From assembly GCA_964035545.1 (NCBI GenBank), contig OZ037769.1, forward strand, positions 4,011,929-4,075,928: a DNA stretch of 64,000 bases, in the 5' to 3' direction. Source of the DNA: Bugula neritina (taxonomy: Eukaryota > Animalia > Bryozoa). A program made the position numbers and the translations under genes. Below the pieces are notes generated by a model. That model was not told where the DNA came from, searched no databases, and saw only the letters and a list, made by a program, of their open reading frames with translations. Positions 25,601-40,600 of this stretch are shown here, piece after piece; position 1 is the first letter of the stretch, and each line of letters opens with the position of its first letter.

Positions 25601-28600
25601 CCAGATATATTATATGTAGTAGTAGGAAGGCAAAATGCCTTTTATAATTAAAGAACCAGGATTAATGCATTTGTTAACATCTTACTTATCTGCCTATAAT
25701 ATGCTTGTCAGTTGTACATATTCTTATACTAAGAAGATTTAGTTAATCTTTTGTTTTTTGGTGACATAGAGAGGTGCCAAGTAACAGAAGTGTACGGTGT
25801 AGGCCTATATCGTGTTATGTGGGTGCATCTCTGTAATACATTACATCCAGTATTACTTCTCAGTATTACAGTAACTACTCTCAGTTATACAGTAGCTACT
25901 CTCAGTATTACAGTAACTACTCTCAGTATTACAGTAACTACTCTCAGTATTACAGTAACTACTCTCAGTATTACAGTAGCTACTCTCAGTATTACAGTAA
26001 CTACTCTCAGTATTACAGTAACTACTCTCAGTATTACAGTAACTACTCTCAGTATTACAGTAACTACTCTCAGTATTACAGTAACTACTCTCAGTATTAC
26101 AGTAACTACTCTCAGTATTACAGTAACTACTCTCAGTATTACAGTAACTACTCTCAGTATTACAGTAGCTACTCTCAGTATTACAGTAACTACTCTCAGT
26201 ATTACAGTAACTACTCTCAGTATTACAGTAACTACTCTCAGTATTACAGTAACTACTCTCAGTATTACAGTAGTTACTCTTAGTATTACAGTAGCTACTC
26301 TCAGTTATACAGTAGCTACTCTCAGTGATACAGTAGTTACTCTCAGTGTTACAGTAGCTACTCTTAGTGTTACAGTAGTTACTCTTAGTGATACATTACT
26401 TTTTGGTATAAGAATGATGCAATACAGCTTTTGCTTCACATGAAAGAAGATTTGATTTGTATGGCTTTGCTAGTAAAACTAAAGTTACTTAAGTTTATGA
26501 AATTTATTGATTTTTTGTACACAGTAACAGCTAATTATAGCAAGAGTTGGGTAATGATTTGATTAAAGTTAACATGGACTGTTTCACGGACACTATATTT
26601 AGTGATCCTTTAACTCTGTCAAAGATATCAAACGACGTCAGTGCATGATGAACAACCTGCACACAACTCCAAATGTGATCAAACCATTGTTCTATTCGCC
26701 TAATGGTATTGTTCAAAAGCATTTGCTGCAAATCTACACCATAAAGCTTTTCTATATTTTGTGAAACAGTTGATTTTATACATTTAAATTTGAAATGGTT
26801 AAATTATTGACAAAAATATCTTCAAACACATTTTGTTGCATAATGCAATACCCGAAGACTGGTACAGGAAGCTACTGAAGCAGCACGAGTTTTGATTAAG
26901 TTTGTTAATTTCTATGTAACATACTGGCCCATTCGTGGTGGAATCGATTTTGAGATAAAAAATATTAACCAATATTTAAAAAGCTGTTGGTCTCTAACCT
27001 TTCAAAGTTGTCTTCTCTCACCCATTTACTAGAAGCAATGCTCTGAAGTGGAATAATTTTTTGTTATGCAGGAAATTGGGATTAGACGTAGTACCTCGAG
27101 TTGACGGCATTCACATCAAGACGGATGAAATGAGCCCAGTTGATGTGTACTTAATACACAATTCCAGTATCTTTAATGGAGCAAAGGTTTGGTTTTAATT
27201 CATACTGCATAATGTTTCATCTTTGTGAATTGTCGCTCAAACGTTAAGCAAAAGTCACGCTTGAAATATGTTTATCTATTCTGTATTGTATCTTATATGT
27301 ATCTTATATGCTAAACCTACATATAAAAGCTACCCATAAAATATATACAAATTTTACTACCTTGGTGCCTTTTTTAAATTGAGTGTAGATTAGAAGTAGC
27401 TCATTGCATAACTTCATTTTCTCATCCTTCACACCCGTTGCACTGTTTTAAAGCATCAGTAGAGGTAGATAAACAATTTTTCAACCTATTGTTGAGCAGT
27501 GTAGTCAAATGATAAGAACTCTCAACACGAAATGCCATTATATAACACAATTGAATTGTCATAGCAAGTGCTATCTCTATCAAGTGCTACTATAAGTCAC
27601 AATGTAGTTGAAGTTTACCTTCAAGTATTTGCTCTCGCTTACCTGCATTTGACAAATCTTCCCCCTGTAGCCCACTTGGTCAAATTTAAGGGCCATAGGG
27701 AACTTCCCTCTTAGATTCGGGTTATTGAGCTAAAGATGAGTCACCTAGTAGCTGCATATTTCATCCTGTACACAGAAATTATTATATTTGTGATTTGAAG
27801 CAGCACTTATAGGAAATTTCCTGCCTTTGTGCATGGGTCATCGGTTTATTGTTTAAACAAGGCTTTTTTAGTAATCCTAAGTCAATGATGCCTAATATTT
27901 TCAATGCACTTAAAACAGATGCATACATGACTCTGAAACCTTTTGGGTTAATATGAAGTTTGTGACCTTCTCAAAGAGGTCACCAACACATAGACTGGAG
28001 TCTTGAAAATTCTCCTAATCCCCCTTCTCTGTTCCTTACTTCTGTTTAGAAAGGCTACATTGTGTCAAGGTTTCCAAAAGCATTTATTGAATGCTCTGTT
28101 TGCACTGTTCTTCTCTTGTTACCGTGGAGATTGTACACAATCTCTGACGCTTATCCTACGCATATGATTATCGTACCTGCTGTTTTATGTTATGCTCTGT
28201 TAAGTTTACAAGAAGCATGTCTTTGCTTCTATTACTCTTGACTTGTTATAAAGCAGGGCCACCATCTTAGATTGTGTTATTGTTTACAGACTATTAGACC
28301 AACTGTGAAGGGTTCAGTTACTGCTAGACAAAGCAGCTGCCATCATATGTACATGCAGGTGCAGTGTCTAGCCAATCTCGAGAACGAGGAACCTCTGGAG
28401 ATATACTACTCTCTGTATGACGCCGTGTCTCAGAACTTCCTCTCGTTAGTATTCCCTTTCATAAAAATTTGTACTGAAACAAATATATCATAAAATTTAT
28501 TAAATCTTGGCCAATATTCATGTTTTTATGAACCAGATAATAGTTATACTACAGTGCAGAGTATATTTCATTATGTTGTATTTTACTGTATTATGTTTTG

Positions 28601-31600
28601 ATTAAGTTATTTCTAAAAATACTAAATGGTTTCAAAGGTTATGGAGTAGGAGCTGAAGATTATGTGTGCATATAATTTGTATATAAATTATGTGCATTGA
28701 TCACTATGACCTCGATACTGCGATTCACTTGCTACTAATGTAAACCATTGTAGAGAGCGTGTCATGTGTCGTGTTGGTCGAGGGGGGATAATGCAGAATT
28801 TTGAAAACACTGAATGTGGAGAGTTTTTTACAGCTATTTTTGTGGTAAGTGAGTTCTTCTACTTCTGAGTTGTCAAGTTTGTGTGTTTTTGTTGCCAAGA
28901 AAACTTTTAGAAAATAACTATTAGAGAGAAGAATTTTTTGGAATTCTTATTTTGAAAAAAAAACAATTAATTTTTTATTTTTGGTCATTTTTTTTCAGTC
29001 TCAAGCTTTTAATTACAAGTCTTTAGGATATGTTACTTCTATAAAGTTGTATTTGTATTCCATACATTCTCACAGCTGTCATGGATAAATCCAAATTCTT
29101 ACAAAGCTTATGATTGGCTCTTTCAATATCTAGTAGTATTAATAACTTGCAGGACTTGACCACATCCGACTTGAGTTTGGACGTCTACCTCACGGCCCAC
29201 ATTTACAAGATGTCTGGTCTCAGAGTTCAGGAAAAGGCTAAGGCAAGGTTTGGAGCAGCTAAGAATGTAGTCAGCTATAAGAGGCCGTACGGTTGTGCAG
29301 GTTTGGCTTCAGTATACATCAACTTGTAACCATAAACTTATAGGTTTTAAGAGTTGTCTTCTCATTTTGCATCTTGAAATGTCATAAAAATTAATTTGTC
29401 AAAGATACTTTTTTTTTCAACAGATTTAGAGCCAGTCTAACAACGGTGCCCATAACTATACATCTAAGAGAAAGCTTTTCAGACTGTTTTTTTGCATTAA
29501 ATACTTTTACTTAACTGGCAGTATGCCAAGTAAAACCATTGTAGAATTTCCAACTTTTATTTTATGTTGATTTCCTTTATTTTTGTATAAAACTCATATA
29601 CTATCGTCAATACTACCATCTGATTGATTTTAAAATTTAATTTTTATTTCAATTTTGTTGTTGTTTTTATTACACACTTTTCATACTCCAACTGCTTTAG
29701 ATCTTTAAGTTAAAATTAATGTTTTAAAATACACTAGAATGCACTCAACTTGTTATTGAAATGGTTTCAAATTTTCCCTGAAGAGTTATGAAACAATAAA
29801 AAATTGTTATATATATTTTAACACATAAAATGTTGCAGCTGTATCTATTACGGACGTTCTTCGTAAAAAGCACCAGACAAGGGGTGAGGACCTTAGTCTA
29901 CTCGGCAAGGAGCACGCTATGCCCCTCTTGACGTAAGTTGAGCTCCAGATTTCTGGCTACGTTAGTTTTTATGAAGTCCAACATACTTGACTGCTGCTGC
30001 AGCTTTGCGATCTAATTATCTTTCAATTGTTAGAATTATATTTTATTCATCATGGTTCAAAGTACAATCATAGTGATACCCTGATTGTAGAGTGAGAAAT
30101 AACAAAGATGATGATTTCTTCGCAATCACAGATCATCTGATAAAAAGACTGAGAGAGAACAAAGTTGATGAACTTGGTGAGTAATTGGCAGCAGTGACGT
30201 GGTGTGATAACTCCCAGTTACATAATAAATTGTAGTATATTTAAAATGCATTTAGCCACACATTGTGTGATATAGAAATAGTAGTAGTTAGTAATATTTG
30301 CTATTAATTGAAATAAATTAAATCAAATGAATAATAAATTAAATATCACTACCTGTAGATGATTGCTTATAGGTTTAGTAATAAGTACAAAATCATCAAT
30401 AATTGAATATATTAACATTCATATTAAACATTACTTTGCATTCTTTAATTTTTGGTCATCACAAAAATTATGCTTAATAGTATGCAATCGTTGTCTAATG
30501 GTCGCCAGATATTAATTTTAAGTGAAAATAGATGGCACTATAAAGTGTCTTAGCTTGACACATAATATTGTCTGATGAGTTGTACAATGCATGCAACTTC
30601 CTGATACTTATTTACAGAGAAGCTGAATGTAGTCTTGGAGGTATTCCACGGCAATATATCAACGGTCAGGCAAGACTTTCCTCAGATCTTTAACAAGAAG
30701 GTGAAGATCACACAGAAACTGGGCTTTGCCGACGTGGTCACACCTGGTATGTGAGCGTATACTCTACACACTCTTTTCTGTCTGCCATTTCTTATTTTAA
30801 ATTCTTCTTAGCTCCGTGATTGCCAAGAATTGTTGGAAATGATTATAGTATTTACAATATTATATTACAACATATGCAATTACAATATTACAATATTGTA
30901 TATGTATAAGACGTGTTCATGAATTTTTGTTTTAGTAGTAGTTTACAATTTCTAATTTAATTTAACAAGGCGGTTATCAATAAATAAAATTTTATGGACA
31001 CAAAATTTAAAACGTGTAGCCAATCTTGTCTGGACAGGGTATCTAAGTTCATTCTTTAAATGATGCACCATTCAAAGCTCTCTAAATGATTTTATTTTTT
31101 ACACTTGTTCTATTATTTCAGAGGACGCTGCGCATTATGTGCTGTTAGAAAGTAAGTGATTTCTGGGCTGTAAGGTACTCTGGGGTTTGGTTATTCTTGT
31201 TGATTGTTGTATACGTTACTGTTGCTGTATACTGAACTGTATACGCTTTCGTATATTTGCTCTTAGAGTCATCTGCTCTCTCTGTCGTCTGCTAATTGTG
31301 TGTTGTTTGCACGTTTGTATGGTTGAGGTGGTGTCGGTATATGAGCTTTGTTAATTAATGAAAGCAGTTTTGCTATCAGTTGCTTAGAACTCTAATCGAA
31401 AGGGTACAATATCAATTTTATGTTTGTTTAAATCTTTTCATCCTACTTTTGCAAAATGGAGTCAAAAATCATAGTTATTTATTCCTGTTTTGTTATATGT
31501 ACTTTACACCTGACCAGTTTGCTGAAGTTTGCATGGCTAAAATTAGTTGATATCATTCAGTGCTTTTAGTTATTTGAGTTGATAGACTCTACTTTTATAT

Positions 31601-34600
31601 CAATGTTATTGTTACAGGCTGTTTTGTTGAAGTAACGAGTTATGAGTGTATCAAATAGCTAAAAGCAAGAAAACTGCGGCGATTTTGGCGAAGAATTTTT
31701 ATATTATAACACTGTATTTTGTCATGTGATGTAAGTGAGAAATTTTTAAAAGGTTTCGCCTCTTATATAATTTGTGCTTATTTACGTAGATGAGGTGAGA
31801 AATGATTTCTACCTTACTCTTCATGAATGTGAGTTTGAGAAAGGAGGAAAAACCGCCGACAAGAATGTGGAAGTGAAAGCATTTGTCTTAAATGCAGAAG
31901 GCGAGGAAAAGGTGAGCATTCTGGGAACAGCTTGAAGCAGCGCAAAGTTGGTGTTCACTGTGTACAGTGGTTTGTCTCAAATTTGGGGTTTGGAGTTTGG
32001 ACTACGATGTCTATACAAACACTGTGCTTAGTGACCTCAAACTTTGTGCTGCATCTACCTGCATTCTGAAGTTTTCTTGTAGTTTAGCCTGAGTTTTTAA
32101 TATCTTTGTTAGTATTTTATCGTTTTCTTAGTTGGGGGACTAAACGATTCAGACTGTTTCCCCACAACATGTTACTAGGGGTTTTCAACTCAAAATATAC
32201 TGACTAATGATTTCTCATGAATAAAATATTAAAATAATTAACAGGCGAAAATTTGTTGTACATGCTCTAAACCCTAAGGTTAGTTAGTTTATGTTTGCAA
32301 GATATTTCATTTTATGAAACAAAACATGATTGTTGCTTCATGAGAAAAAATTTCTATTTAGATACTTATATATTAAATACACTTGTTGTGAATTATAGTA
32401 AATAATGTTCAACAAATCTTCTGGTACATATATTTGTAATCAAACACTGGTCTATTTCTGCAGACGTGTATAATCCAGACGGCGGGTGAAGCACCGACCA
32501 ATCACTACGAAGCAGCTGTGTTCTATCACAGCAATAAGCCAAAGTGGAGAGAAGTAATTAAGATATCTCTACCAGACTCCGTCTTCCGAGAGTGTCATGT
32601 GAGGCTAGAATTTCGACACTGCTCTAGTAAGTAGAAACAGCGGGGGAGATAATTTATACTCGGCTGTTGCTGTAAAGTGTACGAGACGAAAGTATTTCAA
32701 GTGCTGAGAGATTAGGAAAAGCTGATGCAATCAACTTTTCTCAAAACCTTCAAAGATTTGTAGCAATTAGTGTTTTATACAAGACATGTATTAGGGAAAG
32801 GAAATTTAAATTATTTTGTTCATGATTAGCTCTTACAATTCATTGACCTGCTGCAGTAGGAGTTGTCCTGTCACCGAAGGTTTGTTGCTGTTTAGAATTT
32901 TGGCTCTTGTCATGACGTATTGCACTATTGCCAAGATTTGTAGTAATATTTTGTAGCTCAAGGAGCTGAGAAAAAGCTGTTTGGTTTCTCATATTTACCA
33001 CTAGAGGATAAGAAGGGTACGACAATACCAGATCGACTTCACTCCCTTCTTGTTTACAAGGTTTGTAGGAACTCATGCAATTATTTTTTTGAGTCCAGCT
33101 TTTTCTACGCACTAAACTAGTGCATGTATTTTTCAATGTATTCTTTAGCTCACATATAGATGAGAAATTAATATGTAATATATCTATTGCCATATTATTT
33201 CCTAAGCTGTTCTATTATTCTTTGTTATTCTGTGTTTTACTCTATTTTATCTGTTATTCAACAGCCTGACAAGAAAGAGGTGAGATTGCATGCACTTGCT
33301 TATCCTTCACTTTAAGTTCTCTGTCATGCCACAAGTCTAAACCTCAACATGAGTTTTCTGCGTCGGCTCTCTTAGACTGTCCGCCTTTCCACTGTTGGAA
33401 TATAATTTTATAGCATATCACAAAGCTGCATAGTCTTTTAACCACCATCTTAAGTTCTATTAACAGTTGAAAGTAGCTTCTAAAGGTGATATAAGTTTTA
33501 GTTATTTAAACAATCTGCTGTGAGAAAAGATAATTTCGCCTAAAGGTATTACATTCAACCTCAAATAATGCATTCATGTAATTTAGGTCCAATGCAATGA
33601 AAGTTATTTTCTCTATTCACATATTTCAATTTTAAGCGTAAATTTAGAGATTTCAAATTTGAATAGTAGCAGAAAACCTTTATAATATAGTTTAAATCTA
33701 ATATACTTTCCTCTCGTTCATTTTTGATATTAAAAGTTGCTAAAACAATATTGCATGGCTGCTAATTTCAAGATACTACCAGCAATATTTTGGCAAACTT
33801 TGGGCATGGGGTGTTTGTGCTGTGTGGGCAAGCATGCGTCCCTCTTCATCACATTTTCTCTAAAGATAGAGCACTAACTAATAATCCTGTAGGAAATCCT
33901 CTTCGTTCCGTTCCAAAGTTTGAACTAATGGAATGTGAAAGTTTTACTCCAACTGCATATGGCCACCTGTCATACTTTGACCCTTGTGTAAACTCAATGA
34001 AATGCTTTTAGCATATGTTAACATCTGTAAAAAGTCTTCCGTCATATACTTAATGCACTTGTCAACGAAAGAATTACGGCTTCTCTTAATTTATTTTGTT
34101 TATTTTTGGAATAGCAAAAAAAATTTATTATTTTTTTAAAAAGCAATGCGTTTTCTTGTATAATTTATAATAATTTAATGCCTTACTTACTGCTTGGCTG
34201 TTTCTGCCAAGTCTAAAAGTTGCTTTTCACAAATAAATACATCGAGTTTTCAATTAAAACTGGATTCTCTTTATTTTTTCCACGGATTGTAAAATGTTAT
34301 TTTTAGGCATCAGAATTTAAAAAGAATGTCCGTCCTCATTACCTAGATCTTCAGTTTGAGAATGACAGCAGTTCGGGGCCCCAGGCTACTAGCAACCAGT
34401 TCTGCTCAGTCAACACTAGAGATATGTGTTACGTCTACACCACTCTCTGCTCCACCAAACTTACTCAGGATGGTAAGAACTTAATTCTACCTGGTTCTAC
34501 ATGGTTCTATACATGGCTCTACCTGGTTTTACATGGTTTTATACATTGCTCTCTCTGGTTCTATGTGGTTCTATATGGATTCACATAGTTTACCTGGTTC

Positions 34601-37600
34601 TGCGTGGCTCCACATAGTTATATGTGGTTCTATACATGGCTCTATGTGCTTCTACCTGGTTCTATGCTTGAAAAACCATTCGGTGATATCAACACAAACC
34701 CAGTTTTATTTTTATGCCAGGCGAGACAGCAAAATGATTTTTATGTGGTTTCATGACAGCTGTGTGCGGGTGCTGTGTAAGTGGTTGTCAGGTGATTGTC
34801 AGGTGGTTGTTGTATCATCAGCTGAGCAGTGAGTTCCATTCACATACAGATAGTTATTTCATTTCCTGCGATGGAAGCAATGATGAGTATAGAAAATAAG
34901 AAGCTTGTTAAATCACAGGATGTGTTTTGGTTTATTACATTTAACACCTTTATGGTCAGAGAAGTAGGGAGGTTTTGAAACTGCCAATGACAGTGGTGGG
35001 AGAATAGTTCTTTGTTTTTTTGACTTTGCGGTTGAAAATAGCTGAAGAATTCTATAGAAGTCTCAATGCTCATAGTTGTCTGTTGTTTATAAATACAGCT
35101 TCCTTACTTTTATTTCTGATGCTTTGTGTAATTTCAGTGAATTTGCTCAATTTCTTGAAATGGAAAGAATTCTCTGGCAGGAATGACTTTTCTGATATTC
35201 TTGCCAACGTGGTGCACATTGATAATAACGAGCTGGTCAAGGTGAGATAATCTACAGTCTTCATGCATCATGATTAACATAGAACCTACACCCTTCATTA
35301 TCTTACTTCATATATGTTATATTATTATCTTGTATTATTTCTTGTATTACTGTATTGTATTATTGTTATGTTATTATATTATGATATATTATATTGTATT
35401 GAAATGTTATATTATTGTGTTCAGTTATTATGTTATATTATGTTTTATTGACTTGTTATATTATTGTGTTATGTTATTATGGTTATATTATTGTTATATT
35501 GTTATGCTGTAATATTGTGTTATGTTGTGTTATATTGTATTATGTAACTTTATATTACAGCATCATGTAGACTTTCTCAACTCCCTTTTTCAAATTTCAT
35601 GTGACTTTGATGCAGGAAAGAATCAGAAGCTTATATTCAGGGCTCTAGTAAGTTGTGAATTATTAGCAACAGTTATGAAGTTGAATAAAACTAAACTAGT
35701 ATTGAAATTTCTTATTTTAGACATTTATATGGTGCTATTTTATAATAAAGTATTTCTATTTTAATATGAAATAGACATATTTCAGTATGAAATACTAATA
35801 TTTGGTCAATTCTTGTAATGTTCTCTCTGCGAAATCACAACTCTCATTGGTTGAAATCACAACTCTCATTGGTTGAAATCACAACTGTCGACCAATAACC
35901 TCTGTTCTCTCTATCAACAAGAAACCTCTCAAATGTACTACTTGCTGTACAACTAAAAAGCTGTTGCTGACAAAGTTACCATTGCCGATTTATTCATATT
36001 TTTGGAGCCTCCATTTAATCTGAAAGTTTAAAGACTTGCAAGTTTATATTAAGACATGCAATATAAATACTTCATTTATGTAACACTTTGCATCTGCACC
36101 TCTAAATAAACACCTATTTCAGGTGCACATTCTTCACCTCACCAGACAAAAGGCCTTCTGCCAGTTCCTGCCGGTATTCGAACAGTACATTGAGAAGACG
36201 TTCTGTGCCACTCTGGCCCACAGAGATCTTCTCCTGCAAATCAAACTCGCGTTGGAACGGCAGAAAGATCCGGAAGATCAGCTGCTGAATAAAGTCATAG
36301 ACATCCTTGACCTTCTTTTCAAGTTTATTGTCCGCTCCGCCACTCAATATGCTGGGTATGCTTTTGGTGATGTTTGTGTTTAATATTCAAACTGATCTCT
36401 TTCCTGGCATATAGTATGCCGTACTGAATCTTTTAATTGATAAGACTAGTTTAGCTGATATGAAGTTTGTGAAGACATTTGTGTAGAGCTTAATAAGCTC
36501 CATTCTATTAGCTGGCCTAGTAAGTGTGAAATCATGGGCTCACACCCCGACAAAGGCCATTGGTGATGTTAGAAAGAGCATCCAATCATAATTGCTCCTG
36601 TGCCCCATCTGAATAAGTCCTTAGCTCTATTTACCAAAAACCCTCTCTATCAGGGGTTCTCACAGGAATAGCGACTATAAACTTTCGGGAGTGAATACAT
36701 GGGCTATTTAGTTATGGAAACATTTGTAACTACTGCAGAGGAGGGTAAAGGATGAGAAAATGTAGAGTTTCTCATGAAGCTGTTATCTACACTATAGCAT
36801 CAGATTTGCCTGATGTCTTCTCGCACATACAATATTGTGCTTTATTTGTAGAGAGAATGAGGGAGGAGATCATTTTATCCTATCAAAAGGAATGGATGAG
36901 TTCTGGAAAGCTCTCCAAGATGTTTTCAGATATTCCAAAAACCAGTCGCACAATCCCGACACTAGAATCAGTAGAATGGCTATTATATCAAGGTACTAAG
37001 TCTATGTCGAGGTATTCAGTCTATGTCGAGGTACTAAGTCTATGTCGAGGTACTAAGTTTATGTCAAGGTACTAAGTTTATGTCGAGGTGCTAAGTCTAT
37101 GTCGAGGTATTCAGTCTATGTCGAGGTACTAAGTTTATGTCGAGGTATTCAGTCTATGTCGAGGTACTAAGTCTATGTCGAGGTATTCAGTCTATGTCAA
37201 GCTTCTCACTCTTGTATATACTAATGAATTATTAGATATTCAGTGAATTATTGTCCATTTATTACATCTATATATTCATATGTTGAGTGTGATTATTCGG
37301 GTACTTAGTCTGTATCGTGCAGACACACAGTCTAAACTATTCAGTACTAAGTTATTTTAAATAGTAGAGTTCCTACCAGTTGCTGTGATAATCTTGTAGG
37401 GTGGTGGATGTCTTCCCCGACCTAATGAAGTTGTTACCTGCCAATAAACTAGCTAAGTCCTTCTCGGAAACCATCTCGATGGTTTCAAAAAGAGACTCAG
37501 ATATGGCAGAAGACAAACTCAAATGTTTGTCTAAACTGATAAAATCTCCACTTTTTGACAACTCAGGTAAATGTTTGATGTCATAGTCATCAATGGGCAA

Positions 37601-40600
37601 GTGAGAATATATAATGCTATGCATTCGAAACTCATTTGTCTGCTGGGTAGAATAGTTCAATTTGACTTTGAGTCGTTTTTATTCAAATTGCCTGATAGTG
37701 ATTATCTTATTCAGATTCAAGAAGAATAGTGCTGGAGTTATGCAACGCCCAACTAGTTGACTGTTTTCAGTCGCAGCAGGATCTCAAGCTAGCTGCCGAT
37801 AATGTTGCTGACCTCCTCAGTGCTATTTATAGACATAAGGTAGTGCTATTTATAGACATAAGGTATGGCTATTTATAGACATAAAGTATGGCTATTTATA
37901 GACATAAGGTAGTGCTATTTATAGACATAAAGTATGGCTATTTATAGACATAAGGTAGTGCTTTTTATAGACATAAAGTATGGCTATTTATAGACATAAG
38001 GTAGTGCTATTTATAGACATAAAGTATGGCTATTTATAGACATAAGGTAGTGCTTTTTATAGACATAAAGTATGGCTATTTATAGACATAAGGTAGTGCT
38101 ATTTATAGACATAAAGTATGGCTATTTATAGACATAAGGTAGTGCTTTTTATAGACATAAAGTATGGCTATTTATAGACATAAGGTAGTGCTATTTATAA
38201 ACATAAGGTAGTGCTATTTTATAGACATAAAGTATGGCTATTTATTGTCTTTTACAATGAAAGTTTGCTGCTTTACATTTTAAGTGTACCTGTGTTCACT
38301 CAATTCTTATATGCATATTGCTAGATATTTTATACAAAGCACTAGCATTTCAAAAGTATTTAAATAGTTCTTGTTTAGAAGTTGTTGTACGGAAGACTAA
38401 CTTCACTGCTACTATTTGCGAATCACACCGTTGGTTTTGCTGTGAAAGTACTATGTTCATATAGTCTGTAGTGCACACATCTCTTTGTTTTACTGCTATA
38501 AACTAAGAAATGATGCCGACATTGCATCATGACTCATATCTTGTAGGAAAGTATGGCAGCGGAAATAGAGCTGGTGGTGTTGCATCTCACTCGGGTACTT
38601 AGTGAAGTTATCATCTCTCTCGATACAACTGATGTGTCTGTAAGTAGAAGTTTCTGGAACATTGTACTTGCAGTCGGTAACTTTAGCTTATATAGTGCTA
38701 TCTGGGCATACCTCAGCTAGTCAGGTGTGTAACACTTGTGTAGGTACAGCTTCTCATGCTAGCTTTCTAATTGATGTTGTTGCAGTACTTGTGGTTGTAC
38801 TCACTGTGCTACTTGTTGGCACTCTATTAAATATATTAATGTAATTTGACGATGTAATGTTTATTTAAAAAACAGAACTGTTGATTTTCTATTGGAGAAA
38901 TTATCAGGATATATAAGTGTATGTATAGAGTTTATATACCTTGTATGTACTGATTTCAGTTAGTATGGATTTACTATTAGTTCTATTGCACTATTCATGC
39001 ACACAGTTGCTGATTTCACCGTAACATCTCTATCTCATGCTTGCCATTGCATGAACATTTAAACTGAGTTGAGATTATATTATAGCTACACACTTTATTG
39101 GTGTGCTGGATAATTTATACATATGTTTCCTGTTTTTCAGCGACTACTGATGGAATGCCTGATAACAATGTTCTCTATGACAGATATCACATTGTTCAAC
39201 AAGTTAATAGAGCAACAAAGAGTAGAGGGCAATGAGCAGAAATTCCTCAGAGATATTTTGAAACTTTTAACGGACCTGATTACTGGATCTTACATCCCTG
39301 ATGATTGGGTAGAAATGCTGATGGTCAACAATTCGTAAGTGACTTTACCTGTGTGTATAATATACTTACTACTAACGGTACATGTATATACTTACTACTA
39401 ACTGTACATGTATATACTTACTACTAGCTGTACATGTATATACTTACTACTAACTGTACATGTATATACTTACTACTACTGTACATGTATATATATACTA
39501 CTAACTGTACATGTATGCATATATTTAGCGTTACATATATATGAGTATAGACTAAGTTCTACTTGTACTTGCAGGGTGATACTGCAACAAGCCGCGCCCC
39601 ACCTGTCACAGGCCTTAGCCTCTAATTTCATTGAAGACTCGTGTTTTGATGAGTGGGTAAGTTGCAGAATATCTCAGCTAATCAGATTATCATGATATAG
39701 AGTGTCACAAATGTCTACTGTGGTGCTGTTTATGTATAAATTCTCACTTAAACAGCTGTCACAGCACTTGTCACAACTGTGACAAGTTCTGTGACATGTG
39801 CTGTCACAGTTGTGACAGCACATGTCACAGTTGTGGCAGCACATGTCACAGTTGTGACAGCTGTCATGACTGGTATTACGCAAGCTCTTCTCACCAGCAG
39901 TTCTAGCAGTAGTGATCAATTGTACTGCCACCAATAGGAGTAGCAACTAATACGCTCACTAACAGTATTGGTAACTCGTACAGTCACTATCAGTGTGTTT
40001 GACTATCACTCTCATTACTAGTAGTTACTCAAAATACATAAACATTCAGCAGTTAACTGCAACTTCTCCAGTCCTATTGACGGTCACAAATGCGAGTTTC
40101 AATGGAGTATTTGGTAATCAACAAGTTATTTTTTGTTCTAATTGTGGTTTAACAATACATCTTCAGCTGTGGAGTGACTTCTTCATGATGTGTGTCAAGT
40201 TTATAACTCAGCCGTCTCTGCAACTGGAGAAGTTCAGCGAGAGAAAGGAAACTCGTATTCGCGAGAAACACCAGGACATGAGGGTAGAGATGGCCCGTCA
40301 GCTGCAGCCCATGTGGGCAACTCTTGACGAGTTTGGTGAGTCAACTTTTTAACTTTTCAGTTTCAACCGCTTGTGTGACGGTTTCTTCTATCAATTCCAA
40401 ATATATATTATAAGTTGGTGCTTCAAGTTTGGTAAGTCAATGTTTCAACACTTCTACAGAATAGCGCAACTTTTACCGCTTGTGTGACCATTTCCTCTAC
40501 TAATTCAAAGTATATTATGAGTAGGAAAAGCCTCAAATTCAAAGCCATGTTCCTGAATGGAGACTGTTAATGCTGACAAGCACAGTTTAACGCTTGCAGC

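Larger units (their letters stand above)
31790..34472 (+). other. DOCK DHR-1 (C2-type phospholipid-binding) domain exons
   Basis: RNDFYLTLHECEFEKGGKTADKNVEV, VFYHSNKPKWREVIKI, LEFRHCS, KKLFGFSYLPL, TTLCSTKLTQ. Confidence 0.85.

Noticed and set aside
25751-26443. 230-aa ORF of LSITVTT repeats
   Set aside because: Translation of a 21-bp intronic minisatellite, with a non-ATG start; the DOCK frame is complete without it
39674-39946. Cys-rich minus-strand ORF (CHNCDMC repeats) as a nested metallothionein
   Set aside because: It arises from a 21-bp intronic tandem repeat, has a non-ATG start and shows no gene structure
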